This document shows, piece by piece, positions 60,307-64,000 of a stretch of DNA of 64,000 nt. A program made the position numbers and the translations under genes. The first letter of the stretch is position 1. Each line of letters opens with the position of its first letter. A model generated the notes under the pieces. The model was not told the origin of the DNA. It did not search any database and was given only the letters and a program-made list of their open reading frames with translations. The DNA is from Deltaproteobacteria bacterium (GTDB taxonomy: Bacteria > SAR324 > NAC60-12): NCBI GenBank assembly GCA_038150265.1, contig JAYOTF010000007.1, positions 36,700 through 100,699 on the forward strand, in the 5' to 3' direction.

Positions 60307-61290
60307 ATGAGAAACGTGAAAGTTGCAGTAACCGGCGCTGCCGGACAAATCGGTTACGCCATGCTCTTCCGCATTGCGTCCGGAGCCGTGTTTGGTCCCA
60401 ATACCACGGTGGACCTCCAGCTTCTGGAGCTGGACGCGGCACTTCCGGCCCTGGAAGGGGTGAAGATGGAACTGGACGACTGCGCCTTCCCGCTTCTGAA
60501 CAAGGTGGTGACGACGTCGGATGCCAAGGTTGCTTTCAAGGATACGGACTGGGTTCTGCTGGTGGGAGCTGCACCGCGCAAAGCCGGCATGGAGCGCAAC
60601 GACCTGCTCCGCATCAACGGCGGCATCTTCGTGGGTCAGGGCCAGGCGATCAACGAGAGCGCAGGTGACGACGTCCGCATCCTGGTGGTGGGCAACCCCT
60701 GCAACACCAACTGCCTCATTGCCATGAACAACGCTCCTCGCATTCCGCGGGACCGCTGGTTTGCCATGACGGCGCTTGATGAAAACCGGGCCAAGACTCA
60801 GCTGGCTCAAAAAGCCGGTGTGGCCGTGAAAGACGTCACCAACATGACGATCTGGGGCAACCACAGCGCGACTCAGTACCCGGACTTCTTCAACGCAAAG
60901 ATCAATGGCACAGCGGCTCCGGAGGTGATCAGCGACCACGAGTGGCTCAAGGGGGACTTCATCTCCACCGTGCAGCAGCGTGGGGCCGCAATCATCAAGG
61001 CCCGGGGGGCTTCTTCGGCAGCTTCGGCAGCCAATGCCGCTCTGGACACGGTGATGCGCATGGAAAACCCAACGGCCGCTGGCGACTGGTTCAGCACCGG
61101 TGTTCCGAGTGATGGCAGCTACGGCATTCCGGAAGGCCTGATCTTCAGCTACCCGCTCGTCAGCAAAGGCGGAAGCGACTGGGAGATCGTCAAGGATGTG
61201 CCAGTCAACGAATTTGGTCAGGAGAAGATCAATGCGACCCAAGCCGAGTTGGAAGGGGAGCGTGACGCCGTCAAAGACATGTTGGGGTAG
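60307..61290 (+). CDS. mdh: Malate dehydrogenase
   Basis: [34 protein letters not shown]. Confidence 0.96.
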   Translation: MRNVKVAVTGAAGQIGYAMLFRIASGAVFGPNTTVDLQLLELDAALPALEGVKMELDDCAFPLLNKVVTTSDAKVAFKDTDWVLLVGAAPRKAGMERNDLLRINGGIFVGQGQAINESAGDDVRILVVGNPCNTNCLIAMNNAPRIPRDRWFAMTALDENRAKTQLAQKAGVAVKDVTNMTIWGNHSATQYPDFFNAKINGTAAPEVISDHEWLKGDFISTVQQRGAAIIKARGASSAASAANAALDTVMRMENPTAAGDWFSTGVPSDGSYGIPEGLIFSYPLVSKGGSDWEIVKDVPVNEFGQEKINATQAELEGERDAVKDMLG

Positions 61291-61293
61291 TTC

Positions 61294-62469
61294 ATGAAAA
61301 TTCACGAATATCAAGCAAAGCAGGTTCTGGCCAAGTACGGGGTGACCATCCCGCGTGGACAGGTGGCGCGTACGCCGGAAGAAGCCGTGGCCGCTGCTCA
61401 GGAATTGGGCACCGAAGTCTGTGTGGTGAAAGCGCAGATTCACGCGGGTGGCCGTGGCAAGGGCGGCGGAGTGAAGGTCTCGAAGGGACTGGATGCCGTC
61501 CGGGAGAATGCTGAACAGATCATTGGCATGCAGCTGGTGACGCATCAGACTGGCCCGGCTGGCCAAAACGTCAAGCAGGTCCTCATCGAAGAGGGCATGG
61601 ACATTGTCAAGGAACTCTACTGCTCTGTGCTCGTGGACCGCGGGCAGCAGCGGGTGGTCATTCTGGCTTCCACAGAAGGCGGCATGGACATTGAGGAAGT
61701 GGCGGCAAAGACCCCGGAGAAGATCCTCAAGGTGTTTGTCGATCCCACCATCGGCCTGCGTCCGTTCCAGACCATGGAACTGGCGTACGGGCTGGAAATT
61801 GACAAGATCAACCCGAAGCTGGTTCGTCCGGCGGCGGCCCTCTTTCAGTCGCTCTATGACGCGTTTGTGGCAGAGGACTGCTCCCTGGTGGAAATCAACC
61901 CCCTTGTGCTGACAGGGGACGGACGAGTGATTGCGCTGGACGCCAAGGTGACGTTTGACGACAATGCGCTTTTCCGGCACAAAGCCACTGAAGCGCTGCG
62001 CGATCCGGATGAGGAAGATCCACTGGAAATTGAAGCTGCCGCGTCGAACCTCAACTACATCAAGCTTGATGGCACCATCGGCTGCATGGTCAATGGCGCC
62101 GGACTGGCAATGGGCACGATGGACATCATCAAGGCCTACGGAGGAGAGCCGGCCAACTTCCTGGATGTCGGTGGAACGGCAACGCAGGAAACCGTTGAGA
62201 AGGCCTTCAAGATCATCACGAGCGATGCGAACGTCAAGTGCATCCTCATCAACATCTTCGGAGGCATTGTCCGCTGCGACATGGTGGCCGCTGGGGTCAT
62301 CGCAGCGATCAAGAACGTCAACCTGCAGATTCCGGTTGTTGTTCGTCTGGAAGGCACCAACGCCGAGGAAGCTCACGCGCTGGTGGCAGAATCTGGACTG
62401 GGGGACAAGCTGCAGATGGCGGATGGCCTCAAAGATGCAGCACAGAAAGCAGTGGCTGCGGTTGCCTAA
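61294..62469 (+). CDS. sucC: Succinyl-CoA ligase beta subunit
   Basis: [40 protein letters not shown]. Confidence 0.95.
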   Translation: MKIHEYQAKQVLAKYGVTIPRGQVARTPEEAVAAAQELGTEVCVVKAQIHAGGRGKGGGVKVSKGLDAVRENAEQIIGMQLVTHQTGPAGQNVKQVLIEEGMDIVKELYCSVLVDRGQQRVVILASTEGGMDIEEVAAKTPEKILKVFVDPTIGLRPFQTMELAYGLEIDKINPKLVRPAAALFQSLYDAFVAEDCSLVEINPLVLTGDGRVIALDAKVTFDDNALFRHKATEALRDPDEEDPLEIEAAASNLNYIKLDGTIGCMVNGAGLAMGTMDIIKAYGGEPANFLDVGGTATQETVEKAFKIITSDANVKCILINIFGGIVRCDMVAAGVIAAIKNVNLQIPVVVRLEGTNAEEAHALVAESGLGDKLQMADGLKDAAQKAVAAVA

Positions 62470-62498
62470 GCCTTAGGCGTCGCATTCACCCTGCATCT

Positions 62499-62524
62499 CC
62501 TGCTCCGGAACCTTCTGGAGCAGG
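62499..62524 (+). terminator. Stem-loop after sucC
   Basis: CCTGCTCCGGA-ACCT-TCTGGAGCAGG followed by the pyrimidine run TCCTTCCTTT. Confidence 0.55.
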
Positions 62525-62536
62525 TCCTTCCTTTCA

Positions 62537-62612
<76 letters not shown>

Positions 62613-62726
62613 GCTTTCCCCCCTTTTTTATCAGTCTCTTACCAGCGTCTGTTCGTCCTGAGGGAGTTGCTGGCTGCCGTAGGATGTGCTGCGTCCTCCC
62701 CAACACTCAACCTTCATGAGGCACCG

Positions 62727-63488
62727 ATGCACGAGCTTCCCGACCGTTATCAGCAATTTGCTGAGGAAGGATACCTGGCCCTTGAGTCGCTTTTCGGAGG
62801 TGCCGAGTTGGTGGAGTTGCAGCAGGAGGTGGAGCGATTCCTTCGAGAAGTGGTCCCCACGATGCCGAGCACCCGGGTGTATTATGAGGACAAACGTGAC
62901 CCCTCAACGCTGAAGCAGGTGCAGCAACTGTTTGAGCATGATTCATTTTTTGGCGAGCTGATGGTCAATGGGCCGGTGCGGACACTGGCAGAAACCGTCC
63001 TGCAGGATGACGTTCGTCCCATCAACCTGCAGTACTTCAACAAGCCTGCGGGTGTGGGCCGTGCCACGCCACCGCATCAGGATGGGTACTACTTTCACTT
63101 ATCCCCGTGTGAAGCCGTTACGGGGTGGCTGGCGCTGGATGCCGTGGACAATGAAACCGGCTGTCTACACTACGTCCGGGGATCCCATCGGGAAGAAGGG
63201 TTCCGTCCTCACGGAGTCACGGAAGTGCTCGGATTTTCTCAAGGCATCACCGATTTTGGTACGGAAGCAGATCTTGCTCAAGACGTGGCCGTTCCTGGTC
63301 CAGCAGGTACTTTTCTGATGCATCACGCTAAAACGATTCACTGGGCAGGTCCGAACCGGTCCGCAAACCGATCGCGTCGAGCCCTGGGTTTCATTTATTA
63401 TGCACAGCGCGCGCAGGTCGATGAAGTGGCCAAGGCTGCCTATCAGCAAGCGCTTGATGTGCGCTTGACCAAGGCACAGAAGATTTGA
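62727..63488 (+). CDS. Phytanoyl-CoA dioxygenase (PhyH) family Fe(II)/2OG enzyme
   Basis: TPPHQDGYY, WLALD..D.ETGCL..VRGSH, HWAGPNRS...RR. Confidence 0.9.
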   Translation: MHELPDRYQQFAEEGYLALESLFGGAELVELQQEVERFLREVVPTMPSTRVYYEDKRDPSTLKQVQQLFEHDSFFGELMVNGPVRTLAETVLQDDVRPINLQYFNKPAGVGRATPPHQDGYYFHLSPCEAVTGWLALDAVDNETGCLHYVRGSHREEGFRPHGVTEVLGFSQGITDFGTEADLAQDVAVPGPAGTFLMHHAKTIHWAGPNRSANRSRRALGFIYYAQRAQVDEVAKAAYQQALDVRLTKAQKI

Positions 63489-63497
63489 GGGTGGGTG

Positions 63498-64000
63498 TCA
63501 GGCGACCGCATCCTGGGGGAGTACGAGTTCCATGGCCTCTCCGTGGATGTGGAACAGGTAAAACCCGGCCTGGTGTACCTGAGGAATGAGTTCGGGGGCA
63601 ATTTCTACAGCAGCCAAGGCTCCAATGAGCTCCTTGTCAACATGCTCGGGGTAAAAATCGGGGAACCGGATCAGGATCTTGCGAAGCTGCTCAAGGTCCT
63701 TTGCCTGCAGCCGGGATTTGACCTCAATAATGACGGCTCGGCGCACTTTTCCACTGGCGGTCCCCAGGATATCCAGCTCGAGGTGCTGTCCCTTGCGGTG
63801 TCGCTCCGTACGGGCATCAATGGTCTCAACCTGAAAGTTTTCCCGGAGAGCCCGTTCCAGCGCAGGAAGGGCTAGCCCTTCCGTAAAGCTCCCAAACTTA
63901 TTGTTCAGGCCACCAATCTGCTGCCCGATTTCCTTTAGGAATCGTTCGGTTTCCTGGAACCTCCTGTCGGTTTCCTGGAACTTCCTGTCGGTTTCTTTTT
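63498..64000 (-). CDS. DUF3782-like protein: heptad coiled coil plus PD-(D/E)xK-like domain; 5' end outside the window
   Basis: Manual translation ...KETDRKFQETDRRFQETERFLKEIGQQIGGLNNKFGSFTEG...ELDIL...IIEVKSRL. Confidence 0.75.
   Translation of the reverse strand, partial: KETDRKFQETDRRFQETERFLKEIGQQIGGLNNKFGSFTEGLALPALERALRENFQVETIDARTERHRKGQHLELDILGTASGKVRRAVIIEVKSRLQAKDLEQLRKILIRFPDFYPEHVDKELIGALAAVEIAPELIPQVHQAGFYLFHIHGEAMELVLPQDAVA
63946..63995. repeat. 21-bp coding tandem repeat (QETDR[K/R]F heptads)
   Basis: TCGGTTTCCTGGAAC(C/T)TCCTG x2 followed by TCGGTTTC. Confidence 0.85.

Overview
This 64 kb window is GC-rich (roughly 60% by eye) bacterial chromosome with a Deltaproteobacteria/SAR324-like gene repertoire (lineage is inference). 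It is mostly housekeeping and metabolic genes in short, shuffled operons: csoR with an L,D-transpeptidase, ftsW with a large ankyrin protein, tal, paaI, fadA, fliG, a trpC-like gene, ispB, gspE, selB, rpsU, coaD, mutS, prmC, amtB, icd-mdh-sucC and tRNA-Thr(CGT). It also carries a sialic-acid-type catabolic locus (AraC, nanA, dpp-type ABC transporter, AGE epimerase). The main observations beyond the ORF track are: (1) the ABC substrate-binding protein is a clean circular permutation of the family-5 fold; (2) an unannotated SelW/Rdx selenoprotein gene (CxxU, in-frame TGA, SECIS-like hairpin) lies about 3 kb from selB; (3) the palindrome TCCGGA is roughly tenfold over-represented, HIP1-style, and disappears after tRNA-Thr; (4) there is an uncharacterised TerB/PilZ-like/DUF2225 operon with a missed zinc-ribbon small protein; (5) a structured leader lies between icd and mdh. 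I found no CRISPR array, rRNA, transposase or integrase. All family calls come from motif recognition by eye, not database searches.
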